Source: Candidatus Nealsonbacteria bacterium (GTDB lineage Bacteria; Patescibacteriota; Minisyncoccia; Minisyncoccales; GWA2-38-27). Taken from it: a DNA stretch of 59,686 bases. The stretch spans positions 74,692 through 134,377 of the forward strand of contig JAUWYA010000001.1 in the NCBI GenBank assembly GCA_030616085.1. The letters run 5' to 3'. Shown here piece after piece: positions 19,431-28,141 of the stretch. A program made the position numbers and the translations under genes. The notes below the pieces were generated by a model. It was given only the letters and a program-made list of their open reading frames with translations. It was not told the DNA's origin and made no database searches. Positions within the stretch are counted from its first letter, which is position 1. Every line of letters begins with the position of its first letter.

Positions 19431-20315
19431 TTACCTAAAGAGAATAAGGAACGCTCCAATAATCCCGACCAGAAAACCCATCCACTCTTTTTTAGAAAGT
19501 TCTTTCCTTTCTTTAAGAATAAACCAACCAAAGAAAACTGGAATTATCGTAATACCCAATCCGTGTAAAGGAGTAGCTAAGCTTATAGGCGCTCCCAGTT
19601 GAAAGGTCCAATAGAGGGCAAAGAGATTTACAATCATGCTAAAACTTGAAGCCATAATTAATAAAATTATTTTTCTTGGAATTTGAAAAACTTGGATCAT
19701 TTTTTGTCTTTCCAGCTTAAGAATTATTATAGATCCTAAAAAAGCTCCGCAATACCAGCCCATAAGGAATATCTCTTGAGCAATGTCTTTAGAAGACAAT
19801 TTCATTAGGAAGATAACTGTCCCTAATATTGTAACCATTCCTAAGGTAAATAAGAACCATTTCTTATTGAGGATTTCCTTACTTTTATCTTGACTTTTCG
19901 TCGGTGATTGGAAAAGCCACATTGCCAAGAAACATAATCCTATTCCTAAAGTTGATTGAAAATTCCAAAGTTTGATTTCTGCTAAAAAAATTATCGCTAG
20001 GACAATAGGCACCATACTTATTAGCGGAAGAAATAACGCGGTTTTACTAAGACCTGCTTGGCATTCAAGCGCTCGCCATTGGAAGTAAACACCAAAGGAA
20101 GCTGTAAACCCCATAAGCCCCATTAAAATAATAATAGGATTTAGAGGAGCTTTTCCTAAAAAGAAAAAATAAACAACTGCCAGTAAGGCACAAAATAGAA
20201 ACTGGTAAAAAACCCCTATAGATTTTTTAGCCAGCTTATTAGAAAGTACCTTATTCAAAATTATAATAGAGCTGTTCATAATTATAACCATGCAGAGAGC
20301 ATATTTCCAAGACAT
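19431..20315 (-). CDS. DMT/EamA-like membrane transporter, antisense to the locus
   Basis: About 10 hydrophobic segments in two repeats, each ending with an (F/L)x(A/K)E...GxxL motif; SD GAAAGGAG. Confidence 0.75.
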   Translation of the reverse strand: MSWKYALCMVIIMNSSIIILNKVLSNKLAKKSIGVFYQFLFCALLAVVYFFFLGKAPLNPIIILMGLMGFTASFGVYFQWRALECQAGLSKTALFLPLISMVPIVLAIIFLAEIKLWNFQSTLGIGLCFLAMWLFQSPTKSQDKSKEILNKKWFLFTLGMVTILGTVIFLMKLSSKDIAQEIFLMGWYCGAFLGSIIILKLERQKMIQVFQIPRKIILLIMASSFSMIVNLFALYWTFQLGAPISLATPLHGLGITIIPVFFGWFILKERKELSKKEWMGFLVGIIGAFLILFR

Positions 20316-20377
20316 TTTTTCTCCTTTCAGAATAGTCCAATATGTTTATGTTAAAGTACTAATTTTTATATCTTATT

Positions 20378-20406
20378 ATTCTAAAATAAAATAGAATAAA
20401 AGTCAA
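20378..20406 (-). promoter_or_regulatory. Sigma70-type promoter for the antisense DMT gene
   Basis: Minus strand TTGACT (20406-20401), 17-bp spacer, TAGAAT (20383-20378). Confidence 0.62.
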
Positions 20407-20482
20407 TACAAAGTTTTAGTTAGAGAAGTCAAAAGGGGTCAGGAATCTTTTAAAATAAAAAATTAAAAATTAATCTTGAATT

Positions 20483-20929
20483 ATGAAAAACATACGTCAT
20501 ACAGGCATTGTTATAGGTAATTTAGAAAAATCTCTTCATTTTTACAGAGATGTTTTAGGATTAAAGGTCCAAAGAGACATGTTGGAACAGGGTGAGTTTA
20601 TTGATAATATTTCTGATCTTAAAGATGTTAAAGTCAGAACAATTAAAATGTCAGCTGATGATGGCAATCTTGTAGAACTTTTATGGTATAAATCTCATCC
20701 AAGGAAAAGCAAGGGAGCAAAAGAGATTTGTACGACAGGAGTTTCCCATATTGCTTTTACAGTAGAAGATATTGATTATGAGTATAAAAGATTAAAGGAA
20801 AAAGGTGTTAAATTTCATTGTCCGCCCCAGATTTCTCCTGACGGCAGGGCAAAAGTTACCTTTTGCCAAGACCCGGAGGGAAATCTTATAGAATTAGTTG
20901 AAGAACTTAATGAATTTATGAAAAAATAA
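20483..20929 (+). CDS. VOC/glyoxalase family protein
   Basis: HTGIV...FYRDVLGL, VELL, HIAFTVEDI and DPEGNLIELVE motifs. Confidence 0.9.
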   Translation: MKNIRHTGIVIGNLEKSLHFYRDVLGLKVQRDMLEQGEFIDNISDLKDVKVRTIKMSADDGNLVELLWYKSHPRKSKGAKEICTTGVSHIAFTVEDIDYEYKRLKEKGVKFHCPPQISPDGRAKVTFCQDPEGNLIELVEELNEFMKK

Positions 20930-20932
20930 TCC

Positions 20933-21505
20933 ATGTTGTACGAATTTATAAAAAGAATTAAATTTTGGCGCAAAGAAGATAGGATAAGCCCGGAAAATCC
21001 TTTAAATCATTTGCGTTTGTATTTTCATGGCTCAATGACCAAGTTGTGTAAAAGGAAGTTTAAGCATTTTGGTACGGACGCAGAGCTAAGAACCCATGCT
21101 TTTGTAAGCGGGTGTTCAAATATAAGCATTGGGGATAGAGTTATAATAAGACCAAATTCAATTTTTTTTACTAAATCATTTGATCACAAAAATAGACAAG
21201 GTTCAATTACCATAGAAGATGATGTTTTATTGGGTCCAGCTATTCATATTTTTACTAACAGACACAGATTTACAGGATTAGATAAGCCAATTATTGATCA
21301 AGGATCAGAAAAATCTAAAGATGTCGTTATAAAAAAAGGAGCATGGGTTGGAGCAGGTTCAACTATTTTGCCCGGCGTTACCATAGGCAAGTACGCGGTT
21401 GTTGGGGCAGGCAGTGTAGTAACCAAAGACATTCCTGACCAAACATTAGCTGTTGGAGTTCCGGCTCGAGTTATTAGGGATTTGAAAAATCCAGAATCAA
21501 TTTAA
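20933..21505 (+). CDS. Hexapeptide-repeat (LbH) acyltransferase
   Basis: WVGAGSTILPGVTIGKYAVVGAGSVVTKD...GVPA. Confidence 0.9.
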   Translation: MLYEFIKRIKFWRKEDRISPENPLNHLRLYFHGSMTKLCKRKFKHFGTDAELRTHAFVSGCSNISIGDRVIIRPNSIFFTKSFDHKNRQGSITIEDDVLLGPAIHIFTNRHRFTGLDKPIIDQGSEKSKDVVIKKGAWVGAGSTILPGVTIGKYAVVGAGSVVTKDIPDQTLAVGVPARVIRDLKNPESI

Positions 21506-21507
21506 AC

Positions 21508-22254
21508 ATGAATTACTTAGAAAAATTTTCACTTTTAAATAAAATTGCTATAGTTACTGGCGCTGCACAAGGTAATGGTTTTGCTATTGCGAAAGGATTG
21601 TTAGGCGCGGGAGCAACAGTTTATTTTATTGATATTTTAAAACAGGAAATTTCAGACCCAAAAGCAAAATATATTATAGCAGATGTTATTAAAAAAGAAG
21701 ATCTGGAAAGGGTAGTTAACCAGGTATATCAAGAACAAGGCAGAATAGATATTTTAGTTAATAATGCTGGCATTACTATATCAGAGCCAAGTGAATCTTA
21801 CAGCCAGGAGAGTTGGGATAAAACATACAGAGTAAATTTAAAAGCAGTTTTTCAACTAAGCCAAATGGTGGCTAAACATATGATAGGACAAAAATCCGGA
21901 GTAATTATCAATATTACAAGTCTGGGTGCCGAACAAGGATTTCCTAATAATCCTGCTTATGTTGCTTTTAAAGGGGGATTGAAACAACTTAGTAAAGCAT
22001 TGGCTAATGATTGGGCAAAATATAACATTAGAGTTAATAATTTAATGCCGGGCTACATTAAAACAAATATGACCCAAAAGAGCTGGAACGATCCGGTTTT
22101 AAGAACAAAGCGACAAAAGAAAACTATGCTGGGAAGATGGGGAGAACCGGATGATTTGGTAGGCCCTGCTATATTTCTTGCTTCAGATGCTTCCAGTTAT
22201 ATCACCGGCCATGATTTATATGTAGATGGTGGTTGGTTAGCAAAAGGTCTTTAA
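21508..22254 (+). CDS. Classical SDR oxidoreductase
   Basis: TGAAQGNG, LVNNAG, YVAFK and VDGG motifs. Confidence 0.9.
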   Translation: MNYLEKFSLLNKIAIVTGAAQGNGFAIAKGLLGAGATVYFIDILKQEISDPKAKYIIADVIKKEDLERVVNQVYQEQGRIDILVNNAGITISEPSESYSQESWDKTYRVNLKAVFQLSQMVAKHMIGQKSGVIINITSLGAEQGFPNNPAYVAFKGGLKQLSKALANDWAKYNIRVNNLMPGYIKTNMTQKSWNDPVLRTKRQKKTMLGRWGEPDDLVGPAIFLASDASSYITGHDLYVDGGWLAKGL

Positions 22255-22284
22255 TATAAAAATAAATTAATAAAAAATATGGAA

Positions 22285-22364
22285 TCCCGTTAGAAATTCT
22301 GTATTAACAGGTTTTTAATCGGGGTATCATATCCAAATAGAATTTATGAAAATTTCTAACGGGG
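22285..22364. mobile_element. Miniature palindromic insertion element, copy 2 (80 bp)
   Basis: TCCCGTTAGAAATT / AATTTCTAACGGGG inverted repeat flanked by TGGAA on both sides (22280-22284, 22365-22369). Confidence 0.82.
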
Positions 22365-23245
22365 TGGAACAAAAAAGTAAAAAAATAGTAAAAATTGGAA
22401 ATAAATTAATAGGCGATGAGCAACCAACTTTTATAACCGCAGAAATTGGAATTAATCATAATGGAGATATTGATATTGCCAAGAAATTAATAGATATGGC
22501 GGTTTTTGCCGGTTGTGATGCGGTCAAATTTCAGAAAAGGACTATTGAACTTGTCTATACTCCTGAAGAATTAGCCAGACCAAGAGAAAATCCTTTTGGA
22601 CCGACTAACGGTGACTTGAAAAAAGGACTGGAATTTGGCGAAAAAGAATATCAAGAGATAGATAGATATTGTAAAGAGAAAGGTATAATCTGGTTTGCTT
22701 CTCCCTGGGATATGAAAAGTGTTGACTTCTTGGAAAAATTTGATGTTCCTTGTTATAAAATAGCCTCTGCTTGTTTAACAGATGATGAATTAGTGAAACA
22801 GATTAAATCTAAAGGCAAGCCAATTATTCTATCTACTGGTATGAGCACTATAGAACAAATTAAGCATGTGGTTAATGTGTTGGGTGAAGAAAATTTAATT
22901 TTGCTTCATTGTACCTCAACCTATCCTTCAAAACTTGAGGAATTAAATTTGAATGTTGTTCCTTGGCTAAGAAAAACCTTTAATTACCCGATTGGTTATA
23001 GTGGTCACGGAATCGGTGTTGTTGGATCTGTGATAGCTGTAACCTTGGGAGCTTGTGTTGTGGAAAGGCATATTACTTTAGATAGAGCAATGTGGGGAAG
23101 CGATCAGGCAGCAAGTTTAGAACCTAATGGTTTGAATAGGGCAGTAAGGGATATTAGAAATCTGCCCAAGTGTTTAGGAGACGGCCAAAAGAGAGTTTAT
23201 GAAAGCGAAAAACCAATACTTGAGAAATTAAGAAAAGTTAAATAA
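22346..23245 (+). CDS. neuB: N-acetylneuraminate synthase family protein (short, no C-terminal SAF domain)
   Basis: AEIGINHNG, DAVKFQKR, KIASA, STGMS, HCTSTYP, GYSGH and ERHITL motifs; present ATG lies inside element copy 2. Confidence 0.9.
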   Translation: MKISNGVEQKSKKIVKIGNKLIGDEQPTFITAEIGINHNGDIDIAKKLIDMAVFAGCDAVKFQKRTIELVYTPEELARPRENPFGPTNGDLKKGLEFGEKEYQEIDRYCKEKGIIWFASPWDMKSVDFLEKFDVPCYKIASACLTDDELVKQIKSKGKPIILSTGMSTIEQIKHVVNVLGEENLILLHCTSTYPSKLEELNLNVVPWLRKTFNYPIGYSGHGIGVVGSVIAVTLGACVVERHITLDRAMWGSDQAASLEPNGLNRAVRDIRNLPKCLGDGQKRVYESEKPILEKLRKVK

Positions 23246-23247
23246 GT

Positions 23248-25365
23248 ATGAAGAAACAAATAGGTCTTGAATTAGAGGAACATCTAAAAGTAATAAAAGA
23301 GTTAGGATCAGACAAAATAGAAAAAGCCGTTCAGATGATTGTTGATTGTTATAAGAATAATGGCAAAGTTGTTTTATTTGGTAACGGGGGTTCAGCTGCT
23401 GATGCTCAGCATATAGCAGCAGAATTTGTTGGAGAATATAAATTAGAGAGAAAAAGCTTACCTGCTATAGCTTTGACAACAAATACCTCAATAATGAGCG
23501 CTGTTGGAAATGATTATGGTTTTGAACGAGTTTTTGAAAGACAAATTGAAAGCATGGTTGAAAGCAAAGATATAGTTATTGGAATTAGCACAAGCGGGAA
23601 TTCAGAAAATGTAATAAAAGGAATATTAAAAGCTAAAGAAAAAGGAGCTAAAACTATTGGTTTTACTGGAAGGAGTGGCGGTCGGTTGAAAAACGTTGTT
23701 GATATTTTACTGAATGTTTCTTCAGATAGTACCCCAAGAATTCAAGAAGCTCATATTACAATAGGGCATATCATGTGTGGCTTAGTAGAAAAAGAGCTTT
23801 TTGAGAATGAAAACTTTAAATGGAAAGTTTCAAAAAATAAAATTACTATGTCGTCCCAAAAATTTAAAACACTATTTATCTACTCCAATCCTAGAATCAT
23901 GTCGCTGGTGCCGCCAGTGGTTGCTCTTCTTTATAGGATTTTATCAGATGCAGGGATTAAAATGAATCTTTTTGACACTAGTCTTTATGATGCCAGCAAG
24001 GGCATGGTTAACGCAGATGATTACGATAAGATGATAATGGCAGTTAAGCCATATCAAAAAGAATTAGAAGAAAAAGTAGGCGAGCTTAATAGTATTGATA
24101 ATTTAGTACCTGACCTTCAAGAAAAGGTTCGCTCTTTTTCACCTGATTTAATAATGGCTACTGTCACAGAAAGCACCTTTTTATACACAATAGATTTGCT
24201 TAAAAAGATTAAGCATTTTAATGTTCCAGTTTTGTTAGGCGGGGTATTCGCAACTTTCGCAAGCGATTTAGTAATAAAATATGATGAGATTGATATGCTT
24301 TGTATTGGAGAGGCAGAGAATATAATTGTTAGCCTTTGTGAATGTCTTGCAAAAGGCAAAGATCCTTCAGGCATGCAGAATTTATGGGTTAAGAAAAAAG
24401 ATGGAAGTATTGTTAAAGGTCCTCTTGCTCCACCGGTAGATATTAATAAAAATCCTCTGCCAGATATGTCTATTTTTGACGACAGAAGATTTTACCGGGC
24501 AATGGCAGGCAAGATTTATCGTATGTTTCCGGTTGAAACTCACCGTGGCTGTCCTCATACTTGCGGTTTTTGCAATTCTCCTTTGCAAAATAAACTTTAT
24601 CAAGAAAAAACCAATTCACACTATTTTAGAGCCAAATCCATTCCTTTGGTTATGAAGGAGATACGTTATTACGTTGAGAACTTTAACCCAGAATATTTCT
24701 TTTTCTGGGCTGACAATTTTTTCTTTTATCCTGAAAAAGAAATAGATGAATTCTGCGAAGCCTATTCAGAGATAAAAATACCATTTTTTGTCCAGTCACA
24801 CCCCAATCAATTATCAGAGCATAAAATAAAGAGATTGAAAGAGGTTGGTTTGCATCGGGTTACTATTGGTATTGAACATGGCAACGAAGAATTCAGAAGG
24901 AATGTTATTAATCGTTTTTATTCCAACGAACAGCTTTTAGAGGGAGTGAGAATTCTCCACAAGTATAATGTTCCTCTTGGTGCCAATAATATCTGTGGTT
25001 TTCCCACGGAAACTCCAGAACTTTTCATGGATACCGTAGAATTAAATAGAAAATTAAATGCTGACAATAATTCTTGCTCAATCTTTACGCCTTTCTACGG
25101 CACTCCTTTAAGAGTATTGGCTGTTGAAAAGGGCTATCTCAAAAACCCGGATATTATTGCTCCAACCAATACTGAAAGATCTATTTTGGATATGCCTCAA
25201 TTCACCAAAGAGCAGATTTCAGGCAAATCAAGGACTTTTAATCTCTATGTCCATTTTCCTAAAAATCGCTGGCCGGAAATAGAAAAGGCCGAAAAAATGA
25301 CTCCTGAAGGCAATAAAATTTGGAATGAGTTACGTCAAGAATATCAAAAAAATACGCTAACTTAG
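23248..25365 (+). CDS. Fusion: GmhA-like SIS phosphosugar isomerase plus B12-binding radical SAM enzyme
   Basis: GNGGSAADAQH, NDYG, STSGNS and IQEAH in the N-terminus; GGVFAT, IGEAE and RGCPHTCGFC after the internal Met at 23848. Confidence 0.88.
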   Translation: MKKQIGLELEEHLKVIKELGSDKIEKAVQMIVDCYKNNGKVVLFGNGGSAADAQHIAAEFVGEYKLERKSLPAIALTTNTSIMSAVGNDYGFERVFERQIESMVESKDIVIGISTSGNSENVIKGILKAKEKGAKTIGFTGRSGGRLKNVVDILLNVSSDSTPRIQEAHITIGHIMCGLVEKELFENENFKWKVSKNKITMSSQKFKTLFIYSNPRIMSLVPPVVALLYRILSDAGIKMNLFDTSLYDASKGMVNADDYDKMIMAVKPYQKELEEKVGELNSIDNLVPDLQEKVRSFSPDLIMATVTESTFLYTIDLLKKIKHFNVPVLLGGVFATFASDLVIKYDEIDMLCIGEAENIIVSLCECLAKGKDPSGMQNLWVKKKDGSIVKGPLAPPVDINKNPLPDMSIFDDRRFYRAMAGKIYRMFPVETHRGCPHTCGFCNSPLQNKLYQEKTNSHYFRAKSIPLVMKEIRYYVENFNPEYFFFWADNFFFYPEKEIDEFCEAYSEIKIPFFVQSHPNQLSEHKIKRLKEVGLHRVTIGIEHGNEEFRRNVINRFYSNEQLLEGVRILHKYNVPLGANNICGFPTETPELFMDTVELNRKLNADNNSCSIFTPFYGTPLRVLAVEKGYLKNPDIIAPTNTERSILDMPQFTKEQISGKSRTFNLYVHFPKNRWPEIEKAEKMTPEGNKIWNELRQEYQKNTLT

Positions 25366-25372
25366 AGGAAAT

Positions 25373-26803
25373 ATGAATCAAAAAGGAAAAGTATTATTTA
25401 TTATTCATGATGTCTATCAAGATGACAATGATTTTGCATTAGGAATAGGTTATCTTGCGGCTGTCTTGAAAAAAGAAGGAAATGACGTAAAGGTTTGTTG
25501 CCAAGATATTTTTCATTATTCAAACGAGGAACTGGCTAAGCTTTTTTTAAAAAACCAGAATTATGATTTAATCAGTATTGGTTTTTTAGCAGCAAGATTT
25601 AGAGAAACAATATTGGACTTATGTACCACAGTAAATAAATTTAAGAAGAATGCTTGGTTGGTTTTGGGTGGACACGGTCCGTCGTCTATACCAAAATATG
25701 TATTAAAAGAAACTAATGCTGATATAGCGGTAATAGGAGAAGCCGAAGAAACAATTATTGAATTATTAAAATGCAAGCTTGAAAATAGAGATTTATCTCA
25801 AATAGAAGGTATTGCTTATTGTAATAATGGCGATATCGTGATTAATAAAAGAAGAGAACCGATTTGGGATTTAGATTCTATTCCTTTCCCAGAATGGTCT
25901 CTGTTTCCAATGGAGAGATATACAACCTGTTTACAGCTTTATCATATGTCTAAAGATGACAAAGCCTTAGGCATATCAACAAGCAGAGGATGTGTTAATC
26001 GATGTAACTTTTGTTATCGGATGGAAAAAGGCATCCGTTTTAGGAGTATAGAAAATATCATTGAGGAAATAAAATTTTTAAAAGAGAAATACAGAATAAC
26101 TTATTTTCAAATCCTTGATGAACTGTTTATTTTTTCTAAAAAAAGAATTTTTGAGTTTTACGAAGCATTGAGAAAAAATAATTTAAAAATAAAATTTAGT
26201 TGTAATGCTAGGGTAGATATTTTTGATGAGGAAATTGCTGTCTGTTTAAAAAAAAGTGGCTGTAATTTTCTAAACTTTGGAATGGAGTCTTCAGACCAGA
26301 ATGTCTTAAATTTAATGAAGAAAAATACCACGGTTGAGCAGAATATTCAAGCAGCCGAAATAACCGGAAAAATAGGAATTGGATTGGGCTTAAATTTTAT
26401 TTGGGGCAATAAAGGAGATACCGAGAAGTCATTAAGGAATAATGTAGAGTTAATTAAAAAATATAATAGTTATGACGAAATTAGAACCATTAGGCCAGTT
26501 ACTCCTTATCCTGGGAGCGAGTTGTATTATGAGGCAATAGAGAGGGGCTTGTTGTCCGGGCCAGAGGACTTTTTTAACAAGTTTAGAAATTCAGATTTAT
26601 TAACCGTTAATTTTACTGACATCCCGGAAGAAGAATTTTATAAATTACTATTTGGAGCTAACAAAGAATTGATAATTAATCATTTTGCTCATACCACAAA
26701 GAATATGAATAGTGCTAATAAATTAATAAAAGGTTTTTACGACTTATATTTTAAGAGTAAAGTTAGTTTTAGAGGAGCGCGGCATTATAATAAAAAGAAT
26801 TAA
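25373..26803 (+). CDS. B12-binding domain radical SAM protein (class B methylase-like)
   Basis: LGIGYLAA, GGHGPS, IGEAE, SRGCVNRCNFC, GMES and PYPGS motifs. Confidence 0.9.
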   Translation: MNQKGKVLFIIHDVYQDDNDFALGIGYLAAVLKKEGNDVKVCCQDIFHYSNEELAKLFLKNQNYDLISIGFLAARFRETILDLCTTVNKFKKNAWLVLGGHGPSSIPKYVLKETNADIAVIGEAEETIIELLKCKLENRDLSQIEGIAYCNNGDIVINKRREPIWDLDSIPFPEWSLFPMERYTTCLQLYHMSKDDKALGISTSRGCVNRCNFCYRMEKGIRFRSIENIIEEIKFLKEKYRITYFQILDELFIFSKKRIFEFYEALRKNNLKIKFSCNARVDIFDEEIAVCLKKSGCNFLNFGMESSDQNVLNLMKKNTTVEQNIQAAEITGKIGIGLGLNFIWGNKGDTEKSLRNNVELIKKYNSYDEIRTIRPVTPYPGSELYYEAIERGLLSGPEDFFNKFRNSDLLTVNFTDIPEEEFYKLLFGANKELIINHFAHTTKNMNSANKLIKGFYDLYFKSKVSFRGARHYNKKN

Positions 26804-26830
26804 TTAAAGCCTACGAGGCTAGAGAAAAAG

Positions 26831-28141
26831 ATGAAAAATTTATCTTATTATAACAAACTTGGCTTTGAAGACGCATTTTCTTGGAAACAAAAGGATTCTC
26901 CTGGATTTTTTTTGCTTGATGGCGAGTTTAAATCAGTAGAAAGTTTGCAGCTGAGCATATTACAAGGTGCCAAAAAAATAATGCAAGGATATAATAAATA
27001 CAAATTCGCTCTAAATTTTTATGACAGGTTTTTTCAGAAATTATGTTTTAAAAATAATAAAAAAGGCAAGAAGATTTTGTTTCACAGCATGAGATACTCC
27101 GACCTTATTTTGGAAAGTAAAAAACATTATCCTTTAGGATTGATGATAGAGGGAAAGAAAGATAGGTGGTTTTCATTGAAGAATTTTACTGGATATCTAA
27201 ATACGAGCGATTTATATCAATATGTTTATTATTATATGAAAGAAAAAAACATAGATTATCTTTATCAGTTAGTTGAAAAACTGGAAGAAAAATTAGAAGT
27301 TTTGAGACCAAATTATGTAGTATTATGGAGTAATGGCTTTCCAATTGAAAAAGCTATTGTATTGGTATGCAAAAAATTTGGCATTTCTACCTTATTAATT
27401 CAACACGGAGCATTTCAATCAAGCACATTTTCGTCTATGGGTAGCGAAAAAATGGCTGTTGATTATCTTTTAGTCTGGGGGCAATATTTTAAAGATTTAT
27501 ATGTCAAAGAAAATATAAGAAAGCCAGAAGAAATTTATATTTTAGGATATCCTTATAAAATTTGTAAACCTAAATTAAAAAAGAAGAAAAAATATACTGT
27601 TTGTTATTTAGGCCATCCTTTTGAAAAAGATAATAAAGAACTACTAAATCTGAAATTAAAAACCTTAACTGAATTAAATAAAATATGCGAAAAATTGAAC
27701 ATTGAATTTTTTTGTCGTCTTCATCCTCGAGACAACAGAAATCTTTTAAAAAGCAAGGCTCCAGACATAAGATTTGCTCCGAAAAATGAAAGATTATTTG
27801 ATACTATTGCTAAAGGAGATATTTTTATTTCTTTTAGTTCTACTTCTCTAATAGAAGCAGCAATGAGAGGTAAGATTAGTTTGCAATTAATGAATTATCC
27901 TTTGCATAGAGATAATCTTGAAAAATTAGGAGCTTGCACTAGAAGTTTTCAGAACATTGAACAATTAAGTGAATATCTTCAAAAAGTAATTAGAGATTCT
28001 CACTTGAAAGAAAATAAATTTGAGTTTAATAATTATTATATTGAAACTAGATATAATCCGGGCCAACGATTTGCAGAGATATTAAACCAAATTGAGAATA
28101 AACAAACTAAGGAGCTTAGCTCCTTGAACACTTTTTTATGA
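26831..28141 (+). CDS. Putative GT-B ulosonic-acid (sialyl/Kdo-type) transferase
   Basis: IQHG, VWGQ, RLHPRD and SSTSLIEA motifs; adjacent to NeuA/NeuB genes. Confidence 0.55.
   Translation: MKNLSYYNKLGFEDAFSWKQKDSPGFFLLDGEFKSVESLQLSILQGAKKIMQGYNKYKFALNFYDRFFQKLCFKNNKKGKKILFHSMRYSDLILESKKHYPLGLMIEGKKDRWFSLKNFTGYLNTSDLYQYVYYYMKEKNIDYLYQLVEKLEEKLEVLRPNYVVLWSNGFPIEKAIVLVCKKFGISTLLIQHGAFQSSTFSSMGSEKMAVDYLLVWGQYFKDLYVKENIRKPEEIYILGYPYKICKPKLKKKKKYTVCYLGHPFEKDNKELLNLKLKTLTELNKICEKLNIEFFCRLHPRDNRNLLKSKAPDIRFAPKNERLFDTIAKGDIFISFSSTSLIEAAMRGKISLQLMNYPLHRDNLEKLGACTRSFQNIEQLSEYLQKVIRDSHLKENKFEFNNYYIETRYNPGQRFAEILNQIENKQTKELSSLNTFL

Noticed and set aside
20431..20450. AAAAGGGGTCAGGAATCTTT as a REP-like or transposon end
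   Set aside because: Single occurrence with no partner inverted repeat in the window
28109..28125. Small hairpin AAGGAGC-TTA-GCTCCTT
   Set aside because: Only a 7-bp stem inside a gene end with a coupled downstream gene; function cannot be supported
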